From: Candidatus Latescibacterota bacterium
Lineage (GTDB): Bacteria; Latescibacterota; UBA2968; UBA8231
Assembly: GCA_965215195.1 (NCBI GenBank)
Contig: CBDCDC010000001.1
Span: forward strand, 608,001 to 672,000
Reading direction: 5' to 3'
DNA: 64,000 nucleotides
The notes beneath the pieces were generated by a model. It was not told where the DNA came from. It saw nothing but the letters and a program-made list of their open reading frames with translations, and did no database searches. The position numbers were made by a program, and so were the translations under genes. Below, one piece after another: positions 1 through 9,695 of the stretch. Positions within the stretch are counted from its first letter, which is position 1. Each line of letters starts with the position of its first letter.

Positions 1-1741
1 GGGCGTCGTCGAGGGACAGCGTACCGTCGCCAGTGATCTCGCCGATGACCGCAAACAGGCAGCGCTCGCGAGCAGCCAACTCGGCAAAGCGTTCCAAATC
101 GGCGCGGCCCACCACCAGCACGTAGCGCTCTTGCGCCTCATTGCTCCAAATCTGCATCGGACTCATGCCCGGATCGTCGTTGTGAATGGCGCGTAAGTCA
201 AAGCGTGCGCCCACGTCTGCCACCAGTTCCGGGCAGGCGTTGGACAGGCCGCCGGCCCCCACGTCGTGGATGCTGACGATGGGGTTTTTTGCCCCGAGCG
301 CGATGCAGCGGCTGATCAGCTCTTGGCAGCGGCGCTGCATCTCGGGGTTGTCGCGCTGCACCGAGGCAAAGTCGAGGTCTTCGCTGTTGGCACCTGTGTC
401 CATGCTAGAGGCCGCGCCGCCGCCGAGGCCGATGAGCATGGCCGGTCCTCCGAGCTGGATGACGCAATCGCCCGCGGCCGGAGTTTTCTTCTCCACGTGC
501 GCCGCGTCGATGAGGCCAACGCCGCCTGCGACCATGATCGGCTTGTGGTAGCCGCGCCACACCCCGGTACTGTCGTCCTCCAAGGTGCGGAACATCCCCA
601 AGATGTTGGGCCGGCCGAATTCATTGCCAAAGGCCGCGCCGCCGATCGGCCCTTCGGTCATAATCGCGAGCGGGGAAGCCAAGCGGTCCGGGAAGGCCGC
701 GCGCTCTTTTTCCCACGGCTGGGCGAACCCGGGCAGGCGCAGATGCGAGGTGAAAAAGGCGCACAGGCCCGCCTGCGACCAGCCGCCGATGCCGGCTGCT
801 CCCTCGTCGCGGATCTCTCCTCCGACCCCAGTAGATGCGCCGGGATAGGGTGCGATGGCCGTGGGGTGGTTGTGGGTCTCGACCTTGATCAAGACGTGGG
901 TCTGCCGCTGGCGGTATCCATAGCGAAAGCCCTCGTCTGGGCCGAAGACCGGCACGGCAAAGCCCTCGATCGCGCCGGCGTTGTCGGAATACGCCTTGAC
1001 CGTACCTTGGGGGTGGGCGGTGTGCGTGTGGCGAATCATGTCGAAGAGCGAGTGCGTCTCGCGCTGGCCATCGACGATCCAAGCGGCATTGAAAATTTTG
1101 TGGCGACAGTGCTCGGAGTTGACCACCGCAAACATCATCAGCTCCACATCGGTCGGATCGCGGCCGGCAAAGGCGTGCAGCGCGTAGTCAATTTCCTCTT
1201 CCGAGAGGGCCAAGCCCATCTCGCGGTTGGCGGCCACGAGCGCATGCCGTCCCTCGGCCCGCACCGGGATGTGGACTAGCGGCTTGGGATCCACCCGGCG
1301 AAAGAGGGTCTCTAAGGAATTGAGCGGGGCCTCAGTCATGCGGTCGTAGAGCAGCGGCAAGACCGCGCTGGGCAAGGTATCGGCGGCAAAGGCATAGAGC
1401 GTACCGCGCTCGACGCGGCGCACGAATTCGAGGCCGCAGTTTCTGAGGATGTCGGTGGCCTTGCTCGACCACGGGGACGTCGTGCCCGGCCGCGGGCCAA
1501 TGGCCACCTCGTTGTGCGCCCGCGCCGGCAGGGCCGCATCCACCCCGAGGATGCGCATGAGCCGCGCCAACTCGTCATCGGCTAGGGCGCGTCCGCATTG
1601 CACGGCATAGAAGTACGTGGCGCGCAGATCCTCAATCTCGGGTGCGCAGCTCTGGCAGTGCGCTAGGAGCGACCGGCGGCGCAGGGACGACAGGGCCGGG
1701 GGGCCGACAAAGGCGAGTAGCGGGAATGGGTTAGCTGCCAT
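1..1741 (-). CDS. purL: Phosphoribosylformylglycinamidine synthase, large single-chain type (5' part; runs off window edge)
   Basis: Manual translation from ATG at 1741 gives MAANPFPLLAF...GPRPGTTSPWSSKATDI...LYDRMTE...MFAVVNSEHCRHKIFNA...KVETHNHPTAI...IHDVGAGGLSNA, all PurL motifs. Absent from the ORF track because no stop lies in the window. Confidence 0.95.
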   Translation of the reverse strand, partial: MAANPFPLLAFVGPPALSSLRRRSLLAHCQSCAPEIEDLRATYFYAVQCGRALADDELARLMRILGVDAALPARAHNEVAIGPRPGTTSPWSSKATDILRNCGLEFVRRVERGTLYAFAADTLPSAVLPLLYDRMTEAPLNSLETLFRRVDPKPLVHIPVRAEGRHALVAANREMGLALSEEEIDYALHAFAGRDPTDVELMMFAVVNSEHCRHKIFNAAWIVDGQRETHSLFDMIRHTHTAHPQGTVKAYSDNAGAIEGFAVPVFGPDEGFRYGYRQRQTHVLIKVETHNHPTAIAPYPGASTGVGGEIRDEGAAGIGGWSQAGLCAFFTSHLRLPGFAQPWEKERAAFPDRLASPLAIMTEGPIGGAAFGNEFGRPNILGMFRTLEDDSTGVWRGYHKPIMVAGGVGLIDAAHVEKKTPAAGDCVIQLGGPAMLIGLGGGAASSMDTGANSEDLDFASVQRDNPEMQRRCQELISRCIALGAKNPIVSIHDVGAGGLSNACPELVADVGARFDLRAIHNDDPGMSPMQIWSNEAQERYVLVVGRADLERFAELAARERCLFAVIGEITGDGTLSLDDA

Positions 1742-1789
1742 GAAAACTCTCAAGGATTGGTAGTGGGTCACGTTGAATTTTTACGCGAG

Positions 1790-2153
1790 TCTTGGGACGC
1801 CGCTCAGGGCGTCGACGCGGCGGGCGAGGTAGTGGCGTTGGACGCGGCCCTACGGGCGAGTCGACAAAATCGTGCTGCTATTGGGGGTGGAGGACTCGGT
1901 CGTGGTGGATACCCAAGACGCGCTATTAACCAATGGTGCTAGTGAGTTGACCGCGGTCAAGGTAGTTCCTACGCCGCGGGTATCCCACCTTCCAGCGAAG
2001 GAGCGTCCCATGACCACGGCCAAGTTTATAATAGCCCTCTTCTATCGGATCGACAACCCGATGGGCGATGTGCCCAAACACCCCAAGCCGCTTTATATCC
2101 CAGCGAAACGGTGCCGCTGGCGGTTTGGTTATTAGTGTGCGCGAAGGGGGCGG
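1790..2153 (+). pseudogene. Remnant of mannose-1-phosphate guanylyltransferase (ManC-like) C-terminus, interrupted by an IS remnant
   Basis: Reads KIVLLLGVEDSVVVDTQDALL | insertion | VCAKGA, resembling the ManC C-terminal ..IGVEDLIVVDTPDALLVC.K motif; frameshifted upstream. Confidence 0.6.
1929..2129 (+). mobile_element. Internally deleted IS982-like insertion sequence (201 bp)
   Basis: Begins ACCAATGGTGCTAGT, ends TTGGT, flanked by TATTA direct repeats (1924-1928, 2130-2134). Encodes a transposase N-terminal fragment MTTAKFIIALFYRIDNPMGDVPKHP. The uninterrupted allele is seen at 14240-14268. Confidence 0.65.
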
Positions 2154-2154
2154 C

Positions 2155-2198
2155 TTAGCATGGAGCAGCTAAAAGATTAGCATGGAGCAGCTAAAAGA
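2155..2198. repeat. 22 bp perfect tandem duplication TTAGCATGGAGCAGCTAAAAGA x2 at the island's left edge
   Basis: Direct reading. Confidence 0.9.
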
Positions 2199-2224
2199 GA
2201 AATATCGCTAGGCTTCTTAGGGCG

Positions 2225-2716
2225 TCATCCTTCCCGAGAATCGCTGCCCAGTTCCTCGTCGAATAGCCGTTTGGCTTGGGTAGCGGCCCATTGCTCGCAG
2301 GCGTGTGCTGCTTGGGTGGTCGGCTCGCGAACATCCGGGGGGACAGAAAGACCGAGTTTGCCAAGCGCGACTTCCACCGCTTTTTGGAGTTGTTGTTGCT
2401 CCCATCGCCATGCGTCGGAATCGAGATACAGAATCGGCATGGCCAGTACTTCCTCTTGGCCAGCGAGCAGCTTCTGCAAGACAGCCCGCGATGCCCCACG
2501 ACGGTTGCGTTCGAGCCCAAGCTCGTAGCAGAGCATCTCATCGCGGTAGGTCTCCACCCGCTGTTGGACGAAGGAGCATTGCTCTGGGGAGGGGGGATGG
2601 CTTATGAGATCTGGGGTTGGCGTACTAGTGCTACGACGCCTATAGCAATAGTATATAGCGCCGCCTGCAATGAGCGCAGTACCGGCGGCCAAAATCACGA
2701 GACTCGTCGTATTCAT
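2225..2716 (-). CDS. Hypothetical protein with N-terminal membrane anchor; last gene of the dynamin operon
   Basis: 163 aa, hydrophobic LVILAAGTALIAGGAIYY followed by RRR; start directly abuts the upstream stop (TAAATG). Confidence 0.75.
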   Translation of the reverse strand: MNTTSLVILAAGTALIAGGAIYYCYRRRSTSTPTPDLISHPPSPEQCSFVQQRVETYRDEMLCYELGLERNRRGASRAVLQKLLAGQEEVLAMPILYLDSDAWRWEQQQLQKAVEVALGKLGLSVPPDVREPTTQAAHACEQWAATQAKRLFDEELGSDSREG

Positions 2717-4705
2717 TTAGGCACTCCTCGCTGGTTCATATTCAGCTTTAAGTAGTTCTACTTGCAGTTTTCGCCGATCCAATTCCACAAGCTGATCGTC
2801 AATCTCTTGCCGCTTGTCCTCATCCGACGAAATTGTTTCTTGCAACTCTTCTAACACCTTCTGCTTCTTTTCGAGAATGTACTGACACCTCCCTTCCATT
2901 GTCCTAAGAGCCTCTTGTCCGTGATTATTCAACTCTCTACCAATGTGATCAGAGAGTTTGTCAAGCTCCTTTTGCAGAAGCGACTCAAGGTCAGAGTCCA
3001 ACTTCTTAACAGCATCATCTTTGCCTGCCTGCGTATCCCAAACCCTCTGCCACCAAGTAGTTGCAGCTTTCACAGTGTCCTGCAGAGTCTCAAAATTAAG
3101 AGCGATTTCCAGTTCCGCTTCTACACGCTTACAAATGGTATTAGCCGAGATCGGCAGTAAATGATACTGTGATCCCTGATCAAAGGAGAATCCACTTGCC
3201 AACAATTTCTCTGAGAGATCATTCTCTGTCTGATTGAGCGTGTCTTCGATTGTACGCACAATATCCCTGATAGCTTGTGCGAGAACGTTGCGATGCTTAT
3301 ATAGATGGTTCCCAATACCCATCGCCATTCCTGCCATATTAGCGATTTTCTTCACACTGCGAAGGTCGTCTTTGATCCCTTGCAAAACCTTACTAATCGT
3401 TTTATTGATGCTCTCTTGCAGGGGCCCTTGTGCTTCGTCAAGACTCTTCTCGAAATGCTTCCTCGCGTTCCTGACAACTGAAGCTATCGAAACAATGTTT
3501 GTTCTTATCCGAGCGAGTTCTTCGTTGCGCTCTTCTTGCGATGCGTTAATAGCATCGAGATTAGTCGTCAATATCGCCTTGTCTTGAGAGATGCCTACAG
3601 CGGCATTTTCAAAGACGCTGTCCAAACGCCTTTGATGTGCCTCGATAATACTATCGCCTTTGGTGGAGATGATTCGTTGTTCAATGACATTGCGAAGTCG
3701 TTCCATACCGTGCTGCTCCGGCTCCAGATAGCCCTTGCCGTCTAGCTCCCTTTCATACCATGTTAAATCATCGGACAGGGGGCGGCCTGCTTCCTGCATG
3801 GCAGCAATAAGCCCACCGAGGCTGCTGACGAGTACAATCTGGTCGTCATCTCCAAACAGTGCCTTCATCCTCAGGTCGTCACTATCCCGGATCTTCCGAA
3901 TGTGACTCCAAATGGCCTCTTTGTTGGGTTGACTGTCGCACTTGTTCACCGCGATGATGCGCCGCTGGGGATTGATGTGTGCCAAGTACTCGTCGATAAA
4001 TTTCACGTCCGAACCAGTCATGCCGGCTTGCCCGGCAAAAGTAACGTACACCACAGCGTCGGCCCGCTCAATCCACTCGCGAGTGATTTTGTCGCGCACC
4101 GGGTTCGGATCATTGGTTCCGGGGGTATCGGCTACGGTCACCTGATGCAGCCACGGACGATCCGCCCATAATCGCACAGAGTTGACATACGCACTGTATG
4201 TGCCCCCGCGGCTACATATCGCCGCAAACTGGTGCAGCTTATCGAGACCGTCCTCGGAAATGACGCGAGCCGGGTTGGTGAGCAGGTCGGATTCCTTGAG
4301 CCCTTCCGCACGAGCAGTTTCTCGCGCCTCAGCCAGTTCCTGCGCGGAGCGTTCATCTTGCTTGCTTCCTTCCTTCACTTGGTTAAACTCGTCACACGTG
4401 TACAGGGTGGCCTCAACTCGCTCTGCTTCACTTTCACTCCCTTCCATGAGTGCGATCTTGGCCGTCATGGTCGTAACGTGACTCGGTAGTATCTCCTCCG
4501 AGAAAAGCAGGGCGTTGAGCAGAGTCGATTTCCCGCTGTTCATCTCGCCACATACTGCCACGACGAAGCGACCTTCTTGTAGGTTGGATTTTGCCTCCTG
4601 AAGTGCCTCCACGTCTGCCGTTAGCAATTCATGGTTTTCAACGACGCGGTCGTACCACTCACAGATAGTCGCTTGGTACTTTTGGTACGCTTGGAAGTTT
4701 TTCAT
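2717..4705 (-). CDS. Bacterial dynamin-like GTPase (third in operon)
   Basis: G1 GEMNSGKS, G2 HVTTMT, G3 DTPG, G4 NKCD; long helical C-terminus. Confidence 0.9.
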   Translation of the reverse strand: MKNFQAYQKYQATICEWYDRVVENHELLTADVEALQEAKSNLQEGRFVVAVCGEMNSGKSTLLNALLFSEEILPSHVTTMTAKIALMEGSESEAERVEATLYTCDEFNQVKEGSKQDERSAQELAEARETARAEGLKESDLLTNPARVISEDGLDKLHQFAAICSRGGTYSAYVNSVRLWADRPWLHQVTVADTPGTNDPNPVRDKITREWIERADAVVYVTFAGQAGMTGSDVKFIDEYLAHINPQRRIIAVNKCDSQPNKEAIWSHIRKIRDSDDLRMKALFGDDDQIVLVSSLGGLIAAMQEAGRPLSDDLTWYERELDGKGYLEPEQHGMERLRNVIEQRIISTKGDSIIEAHQRRLDSVFENAAVGISQDKAILTTNLDAINASQEERNEELARIRTNIVSIASVVRNARKHFEKSLDEAQGPLQESINKTISKVLQGIKDDLRSVKKIANMAGMAMGIGNHLYKHRNVLAQAIRDIVRTIEDTLNQTENDLSEKLLASGFSFDQGSQYHLLPISANTICKRVEAELEIALNFETLQDTVKAATTWWQRVWDTQAGKDDAVKKLDSDLESLLQKELDKLSDHIGRELNNHGQEALRTMEGRCQYILEKKQKVLEELQETISSDEDKRQEIDDQLVELDRRKLQVELLKAEYEPARSA

Positions 4706-6660
4706 CAGAATGTATGCTCCTTCATTTTATTGATCCGTTCTTGGAGTCTGCTCAATTCTTCGGTTTTTTTCGCAACCTCCACTTCACTTCTTTCTGTGGT
4801 GCTGATGACGGCTCCCTTCAGTCCATCTATCACCTCCTGAATAACCAGAACACTGATGTTGTCTCCCCGAGACGCAAAATATTCGATTATACGTTCCAAG
4901 TGCTGGTCTCTAGAAACTTCGGCCTCATATTCGTACTGCCAGAATTTCCCTTTCCCTCTCTTTCTTTTTTTATGCTGCGTCCATTCATTTTCTTGAAAAG
5001 ATTGTACTGTTTCTTGAACTGCTTTGCGAATCAGATCGAGAAAATTTTCCTTCAGATGCTCAACAGCTTGTTGAGGCGTGAAGTCGAAGTTGATATCAAG
5101 AGATCGTTTTAAGTATGAAAGTAGCCCTTGATATATTCCATATATACGATGCCAATTATCGTGCTTATCCATTACGTCAGGTGCTATGTCTAAGTAAACG
5201 CGAACTTGATAATATACAGTATCCGAAAAAAACCCCTCTTCAGTGCGTTTGTTTTTGGTAGTTATTTCAATAGGTATATCTGAAAAAATCTCGTTGACAA
5301 GCTTAAGCGTATCGTACTTCGCTTTTTCGATAGCTTCAAGTGCGGTCTCTTGGCGTCTAGTTTCATCACCACCATCACCTTCTCCGGCAGACCCACTTAG
5401 TGCTTTCTCTAAATCAGAAAGCGTCGTTTGCCAGTCCTCTCGCAGTTGCAAGGTGTTGCGCTCAAATTGCTGTTCAAGCAAGACGTGTCGTTCTGCAGAC
5501 ACCTGCTTCACCATCTCGGCAAGTTGTTTGCGGGACGCCAGTCCCGAATTCGATGAGACGGGCACATCGTACACGTTGCCGCTGATATCGAGTCGGTAAC
5601 TCTGTATCGTCCGTTTGGCCGAGATATTTTCTCGAAATGACTGGCGCTCCTCGTATGCAGATCGCATACGCTGCATGGCGATGTCCAGCGGGTCAAGCAA
5701 TGCCTCATCTTCGGCTTCACTCAACTGCAACGCAGAGACAAGCACGACATCGCGAAAACGTTCGTCGTGTAACTCTTCGCATACACGCTTCACTTCGGTA
5801 CGTTGTGATGGCGGCAATCCTTCAGCCTTGTTGAGCAAGAGAAATACGGGTTGACGAGACTCATTGGTCGAATTTTGCGAAATCCGATCTAATTGGTCCA
5901 ACAGCGTATTTGATGGATTCCCCTTATTGGCATCCGTAAGTACGAACAGCACGTCCGATCCCTTGACTGCTTCTTCGGTCACTCTGGTATCATTCACATT
6001 TGGAGGTGGGGCATTAAACCCAGGCGTATCGACAAGCCGAATATGATCAAGAACCGGAGAATTTACCGCAATGCGAAAGGTATTCGGCTCGCTGTCGCCT
6101 TCTTTTTTATGCTGAGCCAACGCACGATACTTCGATTTATCCAGAGCGATCCACGTTCCGTCCGCCAATCCCTGCTCAAAACGTTCCTCGCCGCCATGGA
6201 CGAAGTGCGTTACGGATGCGGTCGTTGGTTCATCGCCAACCGGGCACATATCCATTTCCAAGAGTGCATTGATGAACGTCGATTTACCCGCATTAAAGTC
6301 GCCGACCACCGAGACGGTCAAACGACCGATACCGTCTCGATGCTCTCGTTGCTCAGCAAGGTGGTCAGTCAGGCTCCTCTCCAAGGAATCCAACTTATGC
6401 TCGAGCTCGCCGGTCAAAAGATTGAGTTCAGCATCTGCAAACTGATCTCGAACGGACCGCAAGGCGAGGAGACACTCAATCGTCTCGTTGAGCTCTGTCC
6501 CATCCGATCTCGCATTGGAGGCGACAAAGCCCTGCTTATCAGCAGATCGGGCTTTGGCTTTGGCCTTGGGTTTGGCCTTGGCCTTGGGCTTGGCTTTGGG
6601 CTTGGCTTTGGCTTTGACTTTGGCTTTGGCCTTGACTTTGGCTTTGGGCTTGGGCTTCAT
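4705..6660 (-). CDS. Bacterial dynamin-like GTPase (second in operon) with N-terminal Lys/Ala/Pro repeat tail
   Basis: G1 GDFNAGKS, EPTT, G3 DTPG, G4 NKAE; N-terminus MKPKPKAKVKAKAKVKAKAKPKAKPKAKAKPKAKAKAR; ATGA overlap with the upstream gene. Confidence 0.9.
   Translation of the reverse strand: MKPKPKAKVKAKAKVKAKAKPKAKPKAKAKPKAKAKARSADKQGFVASNARSDGTELNETIECLLALRSVRDQFADAELNLLTGELEHKLDSLERSLTDHLAEQREHRDGIGRLTVSVVGDFNAGKSTFINALLEMDMCPVGDEPTTASVTHFVHGGEERFEQGLADGTWIALDKSKYRALAQHKKEGDSEPNTFRIAVNSPVLDHIRLVDTPGFNAPPPNVNDTRVTEEAVKGSDVLFVLTDANKGNPSNTLLDQLDRISQNSTNESRQPVFLLLNKAEGLPPSQRTEVKRVCEELHDERFRDVVLVSALQLSEAEDEALLDPLDIAMQRMRSAYEERQSFRENISAKRTIQSYRLDISGNVYDVPVSSNSGLASRKQLAEMVKQVSAERHVLLEQQFERNTLQLREDWQTTLSDLEKALSGSAGEGDGGDETRRQETALEAIEKAKYDTLKLVNEIFSDIPIEITTKNKRTEEGFFSDTVYYQVRVYLDIAPDVMDKHDNWHRIYGIYQGLLSYLKRSLDINFDFTPQQAVEHLKENFLDLIRKAVQETVQSFQENEWTQHKKRKRGKGKFWQYEYEAEVSRDQHLERIIEYFASRGDNISVLVIQEVIDGLKGAVISTTERSEVEVAKKTEELSRLQERINKMKEHTF
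6550..6657 (-). repeat. Degenerate hexamer repeat encoding KA/KP/KV
   Basis: GCTTTG/GCCTTG/GGCTTG units in tandem on the + strand. Confidence 0.9.
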
Positions 6661-8375
6661 GCCTGACCAACCTTTCGGAGCCGGGCGATATCGGCGTCGA
6701 TGCGCGACACCTTGTCGGTGCGATCTTTGAGATCGTCTCGCCGCTCTTCTTCAAGCTGAGACAGCGTACTCTGTACTTCTTCAAGCTCGTGCTCTAGAGG
6801 TTGAAATAGTTCAGACTCAAAGTATGCCTCGATATTCCGCATCGCTTGCGTCGAAAATTCCTGGCGGATACGAGCCATTGGCTCGGCGAGGCGCTTGTTT
6901 TTCCACCACTCCCCCACAAAGTCGCTGGCGATGTTGGCCGGATTAATCTCATGCAAGGTGGTAAGAATCCTTCTTCCTACGCTCTTGAGCCCTTCGGAGG
7001 TTGCGACTTTTACCGCTGTTTCGGTCCCTGCCTTGGCCGCCGTTTTGGCGGCGGCGGCCCGCAATGCCGCACCGCCGGTCGCCTCCCCGGCCGTGGCAGC
7101 CAAACCAGCAGCGGGACTTATCGCGGTAAACAGGGCTGCCGTAGCCAAGGTGGCTCCCAAGCTCACAATTTTGTCAGTGTCTTTCAGTAAGGTCTCGATC
7201 TCCGTCATGTCAATCCCTGCGTCATGGAGATCCAGTTGTTGTCCCAGCTTAGCAAAGTGATTTCTAACCGTTGTTGCGAGTGCAGCGGTGAACTCGCCAC
7301 TGACCTGTTCTATGGCGAGATCGTCCGACGTAGCGGCGAAGCGCACCTGATATTGGTCGCATATTGCCCGCGCTTCCCGGCTAAGATCGTTGCGCACCTG
7401 ATCGAGACGTTGCTGGTGCTGATGTAGCTCTCGGTCCAGTCTCTTGCGTTGCTCATCCACATTTTTCTTACGCAACGCAAAATCTTCTTTCGACTCTAGC
7501 AAGCCACCGCGCATCTGCTCAAGCAGTGATATGGTACGCGGCACCAAGCGCACACTAGCCCGGTGTTGTCGTTCGGCCATAAGGGACGCCTTGCGACCTT
7601 CAAACACCTCTTGGATGGCGGTGCGTAAAGCACTGACGTCACGCACGGCCGCCTCTGGGCCAGCCCTGACGACCACAATGCGGCCCTCAGCTTCTGATTT
7701 CGCGCAGCCGATAGTCTGTGCCAGCGTGTCGGTAGTCTTCTCGGCTACCGTCGTATGCTCATGATCTGGAAGTTGGTCGGCAAATGTGAGCGCAATGAGA
7801 AAGCGATGCTGTAGGTGGCGGACGCCGGGAGAAGTGAGAAAGTCGGTGACGGTACTCGTCAAGCCGCCCTTGCGAATATCCATACAAATCACAGCGGCAT
7901 CTACGAAGGGGAGCTCGCCCAATGTGATTTCCGTGTGTTCCTCAATGAGGGTCGATAGTCCCGGCGTGTCGAGGAATACGAATCCTGCTGGAAACCCGGG
8001 ACGGGACGGTAGGCGGACGAGCGGACGTCCCGGCGTGTGCCCGCGGGCGAGATCATCGAAATCGGGGCGGTTGATTGCCGTCTGCGCACCCTCGTCGTCC
8101 ACGCGAAAATAGGCCGGCTCTTCAAGAGAAGGCACTGAAACCACCTGTCCGGCCCGCGCTGTACAGGGCTCAACCTGCGCGGGCATGAGATCTTCCATGC
8201 CTACCAACTCATTGATCAGCGTACTTTTACCACTGCTGAAGTCCCCCAGAAAGCCTATCTGCACCGCGTCATCGCTCGTAAGGCTCTGGATATCGTCGGC
8301 CAATATGTCCAAGTCCCACCGCGAGGCTACCTCGCGCAGTGTCTCCAATGCCGTTGAGCCACGTTGTTCTGTCAT
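6657..8375 (-). CDS. Bacterial dynamin-like GTPase (first in operon; LeoA/CrfC-like)
   Basis: G1 GDFSSGKS, PCTA, G3 DTPG, variant G4 TFAD; hydrophobic paddle LGATLATAALFTAISPAAGLAA. Start placed at ATG 8375 downstream of AGGAG (ORF track start 8456). Confidence 0.88.
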   Translation of the reverse strand: MTEQRGSTALETLREVASRWDLDILADDIQSLTSDDAVQIGFLGDFSSGKSTLINELVGMEDLMPAQVEPCTARAGQVVSVPSLEEPAYFRVDDEGAQTAINRPDFDDLARGHTPGRPLVRLPSRPGFPAGFVFLDTPGLSTLIEEHTEITLGELPFVDAAVICMDIRKGGLTSTVTDFLTSPGVRHLQHRFLIALTFADQLPDHEHTTVAEKTTDTLAQTIGCAKSEAEGRIVVVRAGPEAAVRDVSALRTAIQEVFEGRKASLMAERQHRASVRLVPRTISLLEQMRGGLLESKEDFALRKKNVDEQRKRLDRELHQHQQRLDQVRNDLSREARAICDQYQVRFAATSDDLAIEQVSGEFTAALATTVRNHFAKLGQQLDLHDAGIDMTEIETLLKDTDKIVSLGATLATAALFTAISPAAGLAATAGEATGGAALRAAAAKTAAKAGTETAVKVATSEGLKSVGRRILTTLHEINPANIASDFVGEWWKNKRLAEPMARIRQEFSTQAMRNIEAYFESELFQPLEHELEEVQSTLSQLEEERRDDLKDRTDKVSRIDADIARLRKVGQA

Positions 8376-8424
8376 CGTATTCCGTATTCTCCTGTTTGAT
8401 CCACCAATGGGCATAAGAATGCAG

Positions 8425-8509
8425 CGACCCAGCAGGGTGCCGGGCCATGTAGCCATCTCACAGGTTTTTCGGAGAAGTTCTGCCTATTCGCCGGGCTTCA
8501 GGGAATGGG
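8425..8509 (-). repeat. Conserved leader, copy A (upstream of the dynamin operon)
   Basis: Near-identical to 13000-13095, with a 28 bp identical core AGTTCTGCCTATTCGCCGGGCTTCAGGG (8476-8503 = 13052-13079). Confidence 0.9.
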
Positions 8510-8619
8510 CTTTCTCTCGCGGACAGAAAACACCTTGTGCGTTTCCCGTTCAAAACCCGCAAAGTGGTCTATAATAAGTTTTAAGAGCGTTTCTAAAGCT
8601 CAGAACAAGTCTTAATCTA

Positions 8620-8817
8620 CTAGGAAAAGACTGCAATCAACAAGACAAACAATACGAGGATGATTACAGACGCTATGGTTATACAACCCACTGCTTGGTT
8701 GATTCCTTTTGCACTCTCCTCGACGAATCCTTTAGCCTCTCTTTTTCCTCGAAAAATTCGCAGGTACACCGCTCGAATCCCTACGATAAGGACTACAAAG
8801 AGCAAGACTTCCACCAT
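8620..8817 (-). CDS. Small 2-TM membrane protein
   Basis: 65 aa with two hydrophobic segments; AGAGG RBS upstream. Confidence 0.6.
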   Translation of the reverse strand: MVEVLLFVVLIVGIRAVYLRIFRGKREAKGFVEESAKGINQAVGCITIASVIILVLFVLLIAVFS

Positions 8818-8867
8818 AGCTATACCTCTCTGGTTTTTTGGCCCTGATTGAGGCGTAAAGTCAGTTA

Positions 8868-9695
8868 TTAAAACACTTCGCCCACCATCAGCTTATAGAA
8901 CCGAGATTCCACGGCTCGCAAACGATCCTGATAGAGCTTTTTATCCGTTGGGCCAGTTGAATCAAAAACTCGCACGAAAAATCGGCATTTTTTCGATTTA
9001 GACCACTCAAACAATTCAGATGTTGCAGAGAGAAAAGACTGTTCCGGTATATCTTGATCCAAGACGATATTTTGAATGGGTAGCATCTGCCGTTCATCCG
9101 CTCGATGCGGTAGATTGGTTGCCCGGACGATCAGACCAGTGGGTGTTAGATTCACATCGTATATGTACTCAATAGTTCCATCGTCGAGCGTCCAGCAGGA
9201 CGGAACTTCGGTGCCTTTGCCTGCTGAGTATTCCCGCACCAACTCCAACAGCTTCTCTACATTCCTCTCGCCATCCGGTAGAAGCTCCCGAACGGTTGAG
9301 TACTCACGTCCCAATTCTAGCGTATTTACTATGGTTTCCGGTTCTGACAAGAATCCGGCCGCTTCTGCAGTACTCTGAAGCCTTGTAAGCTGTTGCTTGG
9401 CATCGCGGAGAAGTACTAGTTCCCGCTGCAATTCCTCGATATTCTTATCACCACTGGGCAATATCTCTTGAATAGCAGAAAACTGCTCCTCAAGTTGCTC
9501 CTCAAGTAGGGTGATTGTTTCTTGGCGTTCCTCTGCTACTCGCTCGGCTTCCTTCTGCTTGTCTTGTTGGCGCACCAACAAGGCGGCAAAGGCGAGCAGC
9601 AGAACGAAGATGATAAGAATGGCGATCTCAGCCATGGTGAGGCCGAGGATGAGACCTTGCCGATAGGCAGAGGTCTGCTTTTCAAGATTTGCCAT
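8868..9695 (-). CDS. MotB/ZorB-like single-TM protein with coiled coil and a non-OmpA C-terminal domain
   Basis: N-terminal GLTMAEIAILIIFVLLL has an acidic residue at the position of the MotB/ZorB YAD Asp; heptad region; C-terminal PSCW...CRFF domain; overlaps the MotA-like gene. Confidence 0.55.
   Translation of the reverse strand: MANLEKQTSAYRQGLILGLTMAEIAILIIFVLLLAFAALLVRQQDKQKEAERVAEERQETITLLEEQLEEQFSAIQEILPSGDKNIEELQRELVLLRDAKQQLTRLQSTAEAAGFLSEPETIVNTLELGREYSTVRELLPDGERNVEKLLELVREYSAGKGTEVPSCWTLDDGTIEYIYDVNLTPTGLIVRATNLPHRADERQMLPIQNIVLDQDIPEQSFLSATSELFEWSKSKKCRFFVRVFDSTGPTDKKLYQDRLRAVESRFYKLMVGEVF

Noticed and set aside
186-1578. ORF-track calls overlapping purL, and the many antisense or alternate-frame ORFs throughout the window
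   Set aside because: Shadow ORFs typical of high-GC coding DNA; no motifs, and they overlap well-supported genes.
2155-2198. CRISPR mini-array
   Set aside because: Two adjacent 22 bp copies with no spacer; a simple tandem duplication.
6488-6784. (LA)n, (GF/GL)n and (QS/QG)n repeat ORFs
   Set aside because: Alternate-frame readings of the hexamer repeat that encodes the dynamin KA tail.
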